A DNA stretch of 64,000 bases from Acidimicrobiia bacterium (GTDB taxonomy: Bacteria > Actinomycetota > Acidimicrobiia > IMCC26256 > PALSA-610): assembly GCA_038240075.1 (NCBI GenBank), contig JBBSEC010000006.1, forward strand, positions 70 to 64,069, read 5' to 3'. A program made the translations under genes and the position numbers. This document shows positions 8,477 through 16,651 of the stretch, in pieces; within the stretch, counting starts at the first letter, position 1; every line of letters starts with the position of its first letter. Under the pieces are notes generated by a model. It was not told the origin of the DNA and did no database searches. It worked only from the letters and a program-made list of their open reading frames with translations.

Positions 8477-9682
8477 GTGCGGGCGGTTGTGGTCAATAGC
8501 TTCTTTTCTCCTCGCGCGGGCGGAAGCGCGCATATGAGCGACGCGCTGGCTCGGCAGGTCGCCGCGGCCGGGCACGAGGTCTTGGTCTTGGCGGCCGCGT
8601 ATCGCGACGCGCCGGCTGAAGAGGAGCGCGACGGATTTCGGATCGTGCGGCTCCCGAGTTTCGCGTTGACCTCGAAGATCGCGTTCAACTACGACATCCC
8701 ATTCACCGCGTCGCCGAAGAACGTGCGGCGGGTGTTTCGCTTGCTCGACGAGTTCGACCCCGACGTCGTGCACCAGCACGGCCAGTTCTTCGACCTCACG
8801 TGGATGAGCTCGGTCTGGGCCCGTCGCCGCCGCGTCCCGACGGTGCTCACCGTTCACACTCGGTTCCAGAGCCCGTTCCGGATGCACGCGGCCGCGATGC
8901 GGATCGCCGACTACCTCGTTGTCCGGCCGTTCGTACGGCTCGGCCATCCCTATGTTGTTCCCGTGGACGTGTTCGTCCGCGAATACGTCACCGATCGTTT
9001 CGGCATTTCCAGCGATCGCGTGATCGACATTCCCGTCGGGATCGAAGCCGAGCGGTTCGGCGCGACGGATCGACCGGTGATGCGCGCGCGACTCGGCATC
9101 GCCGATCGCCCGATGCTGCTCTCGGTAGGCCATGTCATACCGCTTCGAGACCGACTCGCCTTGGTCGAGGCGATGCCCAAGCTCCTCGAGCACTCCCCGG
9201 ACCTCGTCGTGGTCGTCGTTGGGAAGATCTACGACGAGCGCTTCCTGCGGCGCGCCCGGGCACTCGGTGTCGACCACGCACTGATCACGACCGGCGAGGT
9301 CCCGAGGGGCGACGTGCCGCTCTACGCCGCCGCCGCCGACGTCGAGGCTCACGACCTGCAAGGACTCGGCTTCGGAACGGCGAGCCTCGAGATGCTCGCC
9401 GCGGGAGTCGCCGTCGTCGCGGTGGTCCGCGCCGACAACTACCCAACCGCGCACTTCGTCGACGGTGAGCATCTGATCCTCGCGACTTCCAGCGAGCCAG
9501 ATGTCCTCGCAACCGCGATTGCGCGGCTGATCGCCGATCCCGCGCTCCGCGCGCGCGTGGGCGCGGGTGGTCGGCGTCTCATCGAGAGCCATTTCTCGAT
9601 CGAGTCGGTGGCGGCGCGCTACCTCGATCTCTACGACCGGGCCGTGCACGCGTCGAGGGTTCCGCGGGGTTCGGCACGATGA
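8477..9682 (+). CDS. Glycosyltransferase family 4 (GT-B)
   Basis: N-terminal VVVNSFFSPRAGGSAHMSDALARQVAAAGHEVLVL, and a C-terminal GT1 domain with the E..GLGFGTASLEMLAAGVAVV motif. GTG 8477 chosen (ATG 8420 would overlap the previous gene). The stop overlaps the next ATG (ATGA). Confidence 0.8.
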   Translation: MRAVVVNSFFSPRAGGSAHMSDALARQVAAAGHEVLVLAAAYRDAPAEEERDGFRIVRLPSFALTSKIAFNYDIPFTASPKNVRRVFRLLDEFDPDVVHQHGQFFDLTWMSSVWARRRRVPTVLTVHTRFQSPFRMHAAAMRIADYLVVRPFVRLGHPYVVPVDVFVREYVTDRFGISSDRVIDIPVGIEAERFGATDRPVMRARLGIADRPMLLSVGHVIPLRDRLALVEAMPKLLEHSPDLVVVVVGKIYDERFLRRARALGVDHALITTGEVPRGDVPLYAAAADVEAHDLQGLGFGTASLEMLAAGVAVVAVVRADNYPTAHFVDGEHLILATSSEPDVLATAIARLIADPALRARVGAGGRRLIESHFSIESVAARYLDLYDRAVHASRVPRGSAR

Positions 9683-10788
9683 GCGATCAGATCGCGCTCA
9701 CCCACCTCGTGGTCGGAGACGAAGAGGAGCGTCTTGTCATCGCGGTCCTACGCTCCGGCCAGCTCGCGCAGGGTCCGATGGTTGCGCAGCTCGAACGGCA
9801 CTTCGCCGCGATGTGCGGCGTACGCCACGCGATCGCGGTGAACAGTGGAACGGCCGCGCTGGTCGCGGCGCTGCAGACGGCTGAGCTCCAACCCGGCGAC
9901 GAGGTGGTGACGACTCCATTCACGTTCGCGGCGACGCTGAACGCGATCCTCGCAAGTGGCGCGACGGCAGTCTTCGCCGACATCGACCCGCAGACATTCA
10001 CCATCGACGTCGACGCGCTGTCCGCGGCGATCACCGAGCGGACGCGAGCCGTGATTCCCGTGCACCTCTACGGTCAGCCCGCGGCCATGAACGCGATCTC
10101 CGATCTCGCCTCGACTCGGAATCTCCTGATTGTCGAGGACGCGGCGCAGGCGCACGGAGCGACGGTTGCGGGACGCGCCGTCGGGTCGTTCGGCATCGGA
10201 TGCTTCTCGCTGTACGCGTCGAAGAACATGTCGAGCGGAGAGGGCGGCATGATCACGACCGACGCCGACGACGTTGCCGATCGGCTCCGGCTGCTCCGCA
10301 ACCAGGGGATGCGCTCGGGATATCAGCACGAGATCGTCGGATACAACTATCGCCTGACCGATCTTCAGGCCGCGGTGGCGATTCCGCAGCTGGGCCGCCT
10401 CGGGGACGCGAACGAGCGCCGGCGGGGCCATGCCGCGCGACTCTCGGCGGGCCTCGAAGGCGCGACCGGGGTCGTCACGCCGACCGTCGCGGCAGGGCGC
10501 GCGCATGTGTTCCACCAGTACACGATTCGGGTGACCGACGCCGCGCGCATCGACCGGGACGCGCTTGCGACCCGATTGCGCAACCGCGGCATCGCCAGCG
10601 GCGTCTATTACCCGCGTGTCGTGTTCGACCACGACTGCTACCGCGGCCATCGGGGAGTGGTCGCCTCGCCGGTTCCCGAAGCGACCCGTGCCGCTCGAGA
10701 GGTGCTCTCCCTCCCGGTTCATCCCCACCTCTCGCGCTCCGACATCGACAGGATCGTCGACGAGGTCCGCGCGGCACTGCGCGCGTGA
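9679..10788 (+). CDS. DegT/DnrJ/EryC1/StrS-family sugar aminotransferase (GnnB/WbpE-like)
   Basis: Family motifs AVNSGTAAL, PFTFAAT, IVEDAAQAHGA and SLYASKNMSSGEGGM (PLP lysine). Confidence 0.9.
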   Translation: MSDQIALTHLVVGDEEERLVIAVLRSGQLAQGPMVAQLERHFAAMCGVRHAIAVNSGTAALVAALQTAELQPGDEVVTTPFTFAATLNAILASGATAVFADIDPQTFTIDVDALSAAITERTRAVIPVHLYGQPAAMNAISDLASTRNLLIVEDAAQAHGATVAGRAVGSFGIGCFSLYASKNMSSGEGGMITTDADDVADRLRLLRNQGMRSGYQHEIVGYNYRLTDLQAAVAIPQLGRLGDANERRRGHAARLSAGLEGATGVVTPTVAAGRAHVFHQYTIRVTDAARIDRDALATRLRNRGIASGVYYPRVVFDHDCYRGHRGVVASPVPEATRAAREVLSLPVHPHLSRSDIDRIVDEVRAALRA

Positions 10789-10838
10789 AGGGGGAGGAAC
10801 CGCAATAGTGCCCGCTTTCGGTCACCCAGGGTGGCAAC

Positions 10839-10844
10839 TATCGT
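10839..10844 (+). promoter_or_regulatory. Putative -10 hexamer for leaderless oxidoreductase gene
   Basis: TATCGT ends 6 nt before ATG 10851. Confidence 0.35.
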
Positions 10845-10850
10845 ACTTCC

Positions 10851-11867
10851 ATGTCGCCGCTGCGCATTGCGCTGGTCGGCGCGGGCGCGATGGGATCGTT
10901 GCACGCTCGCGTGGTCGTCGAATCCCCGGACACGGAGCTCGTGTCCGTGGTCGATCCCGACGGCACCGCGGGCGAGGCGCTCGCGGAGCGCTGGCGCACC
11001 ACGTGGGTTCCGGAGCTCGACTCGTTTCGCGGAATCGACGGTGTGATCGTCGCGTCTCCGACGAGTTCGCACGTCGGGTGGGCGGCGCGCGCGATCGACG
11101 CCGACGTGCCGGTTCTCATCGAGAAGCCTCTCTCCGACGACCTTTCGGCGACCGAGGCACTGATCGCACAGGCCGGGGCGAAGTCCGTGCCGATGACGTG
11201 CGGGTTCCTCGAGCGCTTCAACGCGGCCGTGTGCACGGCCCTCGCGATCGTCGAGGAGCCGGTGTTCGTCATGACCGTCAGGCACTCGCATCACCTGCCC
11301 CGAATCACGACCGGTGTCTCCTACGACCTGCTGATTCACGACGTCGATCTCGCGTTGCGGATTGCCGGGCGGATGCCCGGTTCCCTGAGCGCCCACTTCG
11401 GTTTCGCACATCCCAACTCGTTGCTCGGCGCAGAGGACATTGCCGAAGCGACACTGCGGTTCGACGGCGGGATGCTCGCGACGCTGTCGGCCAATCGCAT
11501 CTCTCAGCGCAAGGTGCGCACGCTCGTCATCAATGACCTCCAACGCCTGGTCGAGGTCGACCTGCTGCGCCAAGACGTCACGGTGTACCGCCAGATCGAA
11601 GGAGAGTGGCTCGACGGCCAGGGTGGAGGAGTGCGCGAACAGACCGTGATCGACATCCCGGTCGTGCACAACGCGCGCGAGCCGCTCGCAGCTCAACTCG
11701 ACCACTTCGTCGCACTGGCGAGCGGACGGCTCGACGCAGCAGCAGAGCTCGCGACGCTACGCGCACCTCACGCCGTGGTCGCCGAGATCGTCGACTATGC
11801 CGGCCACGACACGATACGGGCCGCGGGCGAGCTCAGCAGCACGAGCGACACCTATCGCAATGCGTGA
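10851..11867 (+). CDS. Gfo/Idh/MocA-family NAD-dependent sugar oxidoreductase (GnnA/WbpB-like)
   Basis: Rossmann N-terminus RIALVGAGAMGSLHARV and an EKP motif (VLIEKPL), in the same orientation as the aminotransferase. Confidence 0.85.
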   Translation: MSPLRIALVGAGAMGSLHARVVVESPDTELVSVVDPDGTAGEALAERWRTTWVPELDSFRGIDGVIVASPTSSHVGWAARAIDADVPVLIEKPLSDDLSATEALIAQAGAKSVPMTCGFLERFNAAVCTALAIVEEPVFVMTVRHSHHLPRITTGVSYDLLIHDVDLALRIAGRMPGSLSAHFGFAHPNSLLGAEDIAEATLRFDGGMLATLSANRISQRKVRTLVINDLQRLVEVDLLRQDVTVYRQIEGEWLDGQGGGVREQTVIDIPVVHNAREPLAAQLDHFVALASGRLDAAAELATLRAPHAVVAEIVDYAGHDTIRAAGELSSTSDTYRNA

Positions 11868-14398
11868 GCGCGACCTTCCTGTGGTGCCGGAGTGAAGGTC
11901 GCGGTCAGCGTGGTGTCGCCGGTGACGGTGATGTCGTGCGACGCCGCGCCGCTGTCGGACCAGCCGGCGAAGGCGTACGCCTCACCACCGATCGTCTGAT
12001 CGGCCGCGCTGATCGTCTGGGTCCCTTTGGTGATGACGGTCGTGCTGAACGGGGCGACGCCGTTCGTGCTTCCGAGGCCGAGGGTTGCGCCGGCGGGGTC
12101 GGAAGCAAGGGTCAGGGTGCTCGTCTGCGGGTACAGATCGACCGACGTCGTCTGCGAGAGGCCACCTGAGTCGGTCGCCGTGAGGGACAGCCGCAGGTGC
12201 GACGGGTACTCCTGCTCCGGCGCCACGAACGACCCGCTCGCGACACCGTCGAAGGTCTCGCCGGCCTGGGGCTCACAGGTGTCGACGGTGGGGCAGATCA
12301 CCTTCTCGTACGTCCAGCTGAGCGCCGACGACGCCAACGGCCCGTCTTCTGCGTCGTTCGCCGAGCCCGAGAACGAGATCGTGTCGCCTACACTCCAGGT
12401 GAACTCGGGCGCGGGCGTGCTGATGGTAGGCACCGGTGGGGTGTTCCCGGCCTTGATGGTGACGGTCGCGACGTCAGGGGTGCTGAACGCGTCGGTGACG
12501 CGCACGGAAACCGTGCGTACTCCGGCGGTGCCGTACGTGTACGACGGGTTCGCCAGGGTGGAGTCTCCGAAGACTCCGTCTCCGTTGAGATCCCACGAGT
12601 AGGTCAGCGAGTCACCGTCGGGATCGGTGGAGCCTCGGGCGTCGAACTGGACGGTGAGCGGCAGGTCGCCGGTGGTTGGATTGGCCCCGACCGCGGCGAC
12701 GGGCGGGTGGTTCGCCGCGTTGTAGCTGATGCGGCGGATCGTCCCGCCGCCGACGTCGACGTAGAAGAGGTCACCGCCCGGACCGATTTCGAGATCGACG
12801 GGGGTCGACGCGCCGACCGGTCCGGTGACGAAACCCTCGACCTGCTTCGGGTTGGGCAGCCCGTTCGTGCCCTTCAGCATCGCCCAGATGCACCCGCGCG
12901 CCCAGTCGGCGAAGAAGAGCGCGCCGTTGTACTTCGACGGGTAGTTGCCGCCGCTCGCGGGATAGAACGCGTTGCCGCTGACCGCCGACGCGCCGGTCGG
13001 ACAACCGTCGCCCGGCACGAAGCTCGCGCCCTGTACGTACTCGAAGTACGGCGCGACCGCCGAACCCGATCCGTACAACGTATTGCAGATGTCGAGGTTC
13101 AGCGCCTGGAAGCTTGGCTGCTTCGCGCGGCCTTCGTAGCACGGCCATCCGAAGTCCTTGACCGGCGATGCGATCGGGTTGGACACCCGGTCGATCTCCT
13201 CCGACGCGTTCCAGCCGACATCGCCGAGCCACACGTCGTTCGTGCCCGGACGCGTCGTCATGCGGAACGGCTGACGCAGCCCATAAGCCACGATCCGACG
13301 CGCGTTGAGGTCGGCGCTGGGCGCGTTCGGGTTGTTCGGCATTGCCGCGCCGGTTGCGGGATTGACACGGATGATCGATCCGTCGAGCGTGACCGGGTCG
13401 GCGGGCGTCAGCAGGTCCTGCGACCGTAGCGAGCCGCCTTCCGCGGTCGGTGGCGTCTGCGCGCCGCCGACGGCGACCGGCGGATCGCCGCACGGGTTTG
13501 CCGGTGAGCCGGCTTGGCCGTAGTCGAGCGTGGTGTACCCCGCTCCGTCACCCGCGCTGGCGTAGAGCGCGCCATCGACGCCGAACACGATGGAGCCGAC
13601 CGAATGGGTGTCGTACTGCTGGCACCAGTCGTTGACGAGGACATGCTCGGGGCCCGTCATCACGTCGCCCGCGGCCTGCAGCCGCGACAACCGCGCGCTG
13701 ACCAAGCAGTCGGCGTCGGTATCCGGCGGCGTCGGGCAACTGTCGTTCCAGACGGGCGGTGTCCCGCCGATCGGCGCGTCGAGCGTATAGAGCACATAGA
13801 CGTACGGCTTCGACGGGAACGCGGGGTCGAGCGCCATCCCGAGCAGCCCGGTGTCGATGGTGTCGAACACCTGGGGACGCAGATCCGCGAACACCGTCGG
13901 TGTCGTCGCGGTGATGCTGGCGAACACGAGGATCAGGCCACTCTGCTCGGCCACGAACACGCGACCGTCACTCGCGAAGCGCACCGCTACAGGCTGGGTG
14001 AGCCCCCTGAACACCGTCGACTGTTGGAAACCCGGTGGGAGGTGGGGCGGTGTGTTCGCGACCTTGAAGGGGTACTGCCCAGAGAGCGAACCCGACGTCA
14101 CGAACAACTGGTGCGCCCCCTCGGAGAGCCCGGTGGTGTCGAGATCGAACGAGAAGCTCGCCGCAGTCGACGTCGCAACCGGCGGCGCGTCGGCGGCGTC
14201 GATGCGTACGGTCGTCTGCGTCACCGTGTGACCGGTGACTGTCACCGTCACGGTCGTCGTGTCGCGGGCCGGCTTCTTCGAGTAACTCACCTTGATGGAC
14301 GGGTTCGTGCAGCTCGCGAGCAGCGCCCCGAACAGTCCGAACACGATGGCCCCGGTGATCAGGCGGGAGCGCCCCGTCCGTGACGCAATCGTGCCCAT
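11852..14398 (-). CDS. Secreted/lipoprotein PQQ-dependent sugar dehydrogenase (beta-propeller) with PKD and C-terminal repeat domains
   Basis: Lipobox LLASC after MGTIASRTGRS. Sorbosone-dehydrogenase-like blocks (GLLGMALDP, GLRQPFRMTTRPGTNDVWLGDVGWNASEEID). PKD signature (FDARGSTDPDGDSLTYSWDLNGDG). ATG 14398 chosen inside the longer ORF. Confidence 0.8.
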   Translation of the reverse strand: MGTIASRTGRSRLITGAIVFGLFGALLASCTNPSIKVSYSKKPARDTTTVTVTVTGHTVTQTTVRIDAADAPPVATSTAASFSFDLDTTGLSEGAHQLFVTSGSLSGQYPFKVANTPPHLPPGFQQSTVFRGLTQPVAVRFASDGRVFVAEQSGLILVFASITATTPTVFADLRPQVFDTIDTGLLGMALDPAFPSKPYVYVLYTLDAPIGGTPPVWNDSCPTPPDTDADCLVSARLSRLQAAGDVMTGPEHVLVNDWCQQYDTHSVGSIVFGVDGALYASAGDGAGYTTLDYGQAGSPANPCGDPPVAVGGAQTPPTAEGGSLRSQDLLTPADPVTLDGSIIRVNPATGAAMPNNPNAPSADLNARRIVAYGLRQPFRMTTRPGTNDVWLGDVGWNASEEIDRVSNPIASPVKDFGWPCYEGRAKQPSFQALNLDICNTLYGSGSAVAPYFEYVQGASFVPGDGCPTGASAVSGNAFYPASGGNYPSKYNGALFFADWARGCIWAMLKGTNGLPNPKQVEGFVTGPVGASTPVDLEIGPGGDLFYVDVGGGTIRRISYNAANHPPVAAVGANPTTGDLPLTVQFDARGSTDPDGDSLTYSWDLNGDGVFGDSTLANPSYTYGTAGVRTVSVRVTDAFSTPDVATVTIKAGNTPPVPTISTPAPEFTWSVGDTISFSGSANDAEDGPLASSALSWTYEKVICPTVDTCEPQAGETFDGVASGSFVAPEQEYPSHLRLSLTATDSGGLSQTTSVDLYPQTSTLTLASDPAGATLGLGSTNGVAPFSTTVITKGTQTISAADQTIGGEAYAFAGWSDSGAASHDITVTGDTTLTATFTPAPQEGRAHALR

Positions 14399-14533
14399 AC
14401 CCAACCGCCCGCCCGTCCGCCCTCGAACCGCCGGGAGCCCCGGCCCGCTAGGCCTATACCCACGAACGCGTTCCGACAAGTCGCAGAACGCTCTCGGTGC
14501 CAACACGAGCACCGAACGTGTCGTTGCGGCGGA

Positions 14534-15382
14534 CTACGCGACCTTCGCGTGCGCGACGGCGATCGCGCCGGCGAACGAGGCCGCGGCGACGACGAACGCG
14601 ACCGCGTAGCCGATCGCGGTTCCGTACCGCGACCGTTCGGTCTGGATCATGACGTAGCCGATGATCGCGCCGCCGATCAGGCCGCCGATGTGGCCGCCGA
14701 TCGACACGTTGGAGATCAAGAACTTGTCGAGCACCAGGTTGATCAGCAGCAACGGTCCGAACTGGGTGTCCCAGAACCGAACGCCCCGCTGCAGCATGAC
14801 GACCGTGGCGCACGCACCGACGCCGAACACCGCGCCCGACGCACCACCGGTGGCGGAGAACGGGTTGGCCCAGAGCGCGCCGAGCGAGCCCGCGAGCAAC
14901 GACGCCAGGTAGAGCGCGGTGAAGCGCCCCGGTCCGAGGAAGGGCTCGAGGATCTGGCCGACGAGATACAGGATCAGCATGTTGAAGAAGATGTGGAGGA
15001 CGCCGAAGTGCACGAAGCCGGAGGTGAAGAGGCGGTACCACTGGCCGCTGATCGCAACCGACGGCGCGTACAGGACCCACTTGTTCAGCAGGTTGTTGCC
15101 GTTCGTCGTATACCCGGCGGTGATCACGAACGCGACGACGTTCGCCGCGATGATCGCCTGGGTCGCGAGCAGCGGCCGCGCGAGCGATCGCCGGACGCGC
15201 TCGCGTGTCGGTGGACGCGCGGCCTTGATGCACTCCCAGCACTGCGATCCGACCGACACCTGATGCAGGCACTCCGCGCACGCGGGACGACCGCACCGCG
15301 TGCAGTGGCGTCCGGTCTCCCGGTCGTGATGGTGGAAGCAGGTCTCGGGAGTCTGCGGGGGTGGAGGGGGCTCAGGCATCAT
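14534..15382 (-). CDS. Rhomboid-family intramembrane serine protease with Cys-rich N-terminal zinc-finger-like domain
   Basis: Rhomboid motifs FVHFGVLHIFFNM and GGASGAVFG. N-terminus is CFHHHDRETGRHCTRCGRPACAECLHQVSVGSQCWEC. ATG 15382 overlaps the upstream gene's stop by 11 nt. Confidence 0.85.
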   Translation of the reverse strand: MMPEPPPPPQTPETCFHHHDRETGRHCTRCGRPACAECLHQVSVGSQCWECIKAARPPTRERVRRSLARPLLATQAIIAANVVAFVITAGYTTNGNNLLNKWVLYAPSVAISGQWYRLFTSGFVHFGVLHIFFNMLILYLVGQILEPFLGPGRFTALYLASLLAGSLGALWANPFSATGGASGAVFGVGACATVVMLQRGVRFWDTQFGPLLLINLVLDKFLISNVSIGGHIGGLIGGAIIGYVMIQTERSRYGTAIGYAVAFVVAAASFAGAIAVAHAKVA

Positions 15383-16619
15383 CGAGGAGGCGACGGTACT
15401 CCTCGGGCAGGTTCTCCAAGATGTCGGGCGGGATCTGGCCGAGCCGGTACGCGTCGAGGAAGAGGTCCTTCTGCGTGGGCGGCCACCACGGCGGGGACAC
15501 GCTCGCGTCGATGGTGCGCGGGTCGACCGGACCCCGCGTGTTCGAGGCCTCGTAGACCGCGAAGCAGAGCTGGAGCACCCGGGTCGCGAGCTCGCCACTG
15601 AGGCTCGGCTGCGTGCCGTCGATGAGGGAGTCGACGAAGTTCGCCGACATGTCGGTGAAGCTGCGCATGTAGCTGTCGTCGAGCCCCGCGAACGAGTGAC
15701 TGGTGCCGTCGGCTTCGTAGAGCATCACCGGCGGGAGATCGTGGAGCTTGCCGCAGAACTGCGTCACCCAGATGAAGCCATCGGTGCCCTGGATCTCGAA
15801 GAACTCGTCCGCGCCCCAGTAGTCGGAGCGGATGTGCATCCGCGGCGCGTACGTGACTTCCATCATCCCGAGCAGATCGTCGCGGTCGTACTCCCAGATC
15901 GCCGCGGTCGGCGTCTCGAAGAAGAGCGGCCCACGCCGCACGATCGCCTGCACACTCCGGACTTGTTCTTCGAACAACCACAACGCGACGGCGTACTTGT
16001 GCACGATGTCGTCGAAGAGATGGCCACCGGGGCTGTGCGCGTCGAAGCGCCACGTGTAGCCCTCGGGCTCGAGGTTGGCTTGGAACTCGTTGTCGGACCG
16101 GCCGACAACGGTCTTGATGCGCACCATGTTCGGCGTGCCGATCGCACCGGCGGCGATGAGCTCACGCGCCTTCACGAGCGGCTGGTAGTGCACCGCGTTC
16201 TCGGTCACGCGAAAGGTGACGCCGGCCTCTGCGACCGCGGCCATCATCTCCCTCGCGTCGGCGACCGAGTTCGCGATGGGCTTCTGGGCCGAGATGTGCT
16301 TGCCGGCGCGTGCGGCCGCGATGACGTGGTCCTTGTGCATGAACGTGGGCGTGAGGATCTCGACGGCGTCGATCTCCTCGTCGGCGAGGATGGCGTCGAT
16401 GGAGTCGTAGACCTTCGGCACACCCCACGATTCGGCCATCCGGGTCGCCTTCTCGACCCGCGGGTCGCACACGGCGACGACATCGCAGCGGTCGTGTGCG
16501 AGGTAGCCCGCAACGTTGAGCGGGGCGATGTTGCCGATGCCGATGATGCCGAGCCGGACGCGATCCACGGGCTGCCTTTCGTCGGGCGCCGACGTTAGCG
16601 GGCCGCCATTGTCCGACAC
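15372..16619 (-). CDS. Gfo/Idh/MocA-family oxidoreductase
   Basis: RLGIIGIGNIAP Rossmann N-terminus and the ISAQKPI motif. 415-aa ORF with a GTG start at 16619. Confidence 0.85.
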   Translation of the reverse strand: MSDNGGPLTSAPDERQPVDRVRLGIIGIGNIAPLNVAGYLAHDRCDVVAVCDPRVEKATRMAESWGVPKVYDSIDAILADEEIDAVEILTPTFMHKDHVIAAARAGKHISAQKPIANSVADAREMMAAVAEAGVTFRVTENAVHYQPLVKARELIAAGAIGTPNMVRIKTVVGRSDNEFQANLEPEGYTWRFDAHSPGGHLFDDIVHKYAVALWLFEEQVRSVQAIVRRGPLFFETPTAAIWEYDRDDLLGMMEVTYAPRMHIRSDYWGADEFFEIQGTDGFIWVTQFCGKLHDLPPVMLYEADGTSHSFAGLDDSYMRSFTDMSANFVDSLIDGTQPSLSGELATRVLQLCFAVYEASNTRGPVDPRTIDASVSPPWWPPTQKDLFLDAYRLGQIPPDILENLPEEYRRLLDDA

Positions 16620-16639
16620 CGGCTGACCGGCACCGGCGC

Positions 16640-16645
16640 TACCGT
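16640..16645 (+). promoter_or_regulatory. Putative -10 hexamer for leaderless P-type ATPase gene
   Basis: TACCGT ends 6 nt before GTG 16652. Confidence 0.35.
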
Positions 16646-16651
16646 CCTCGG

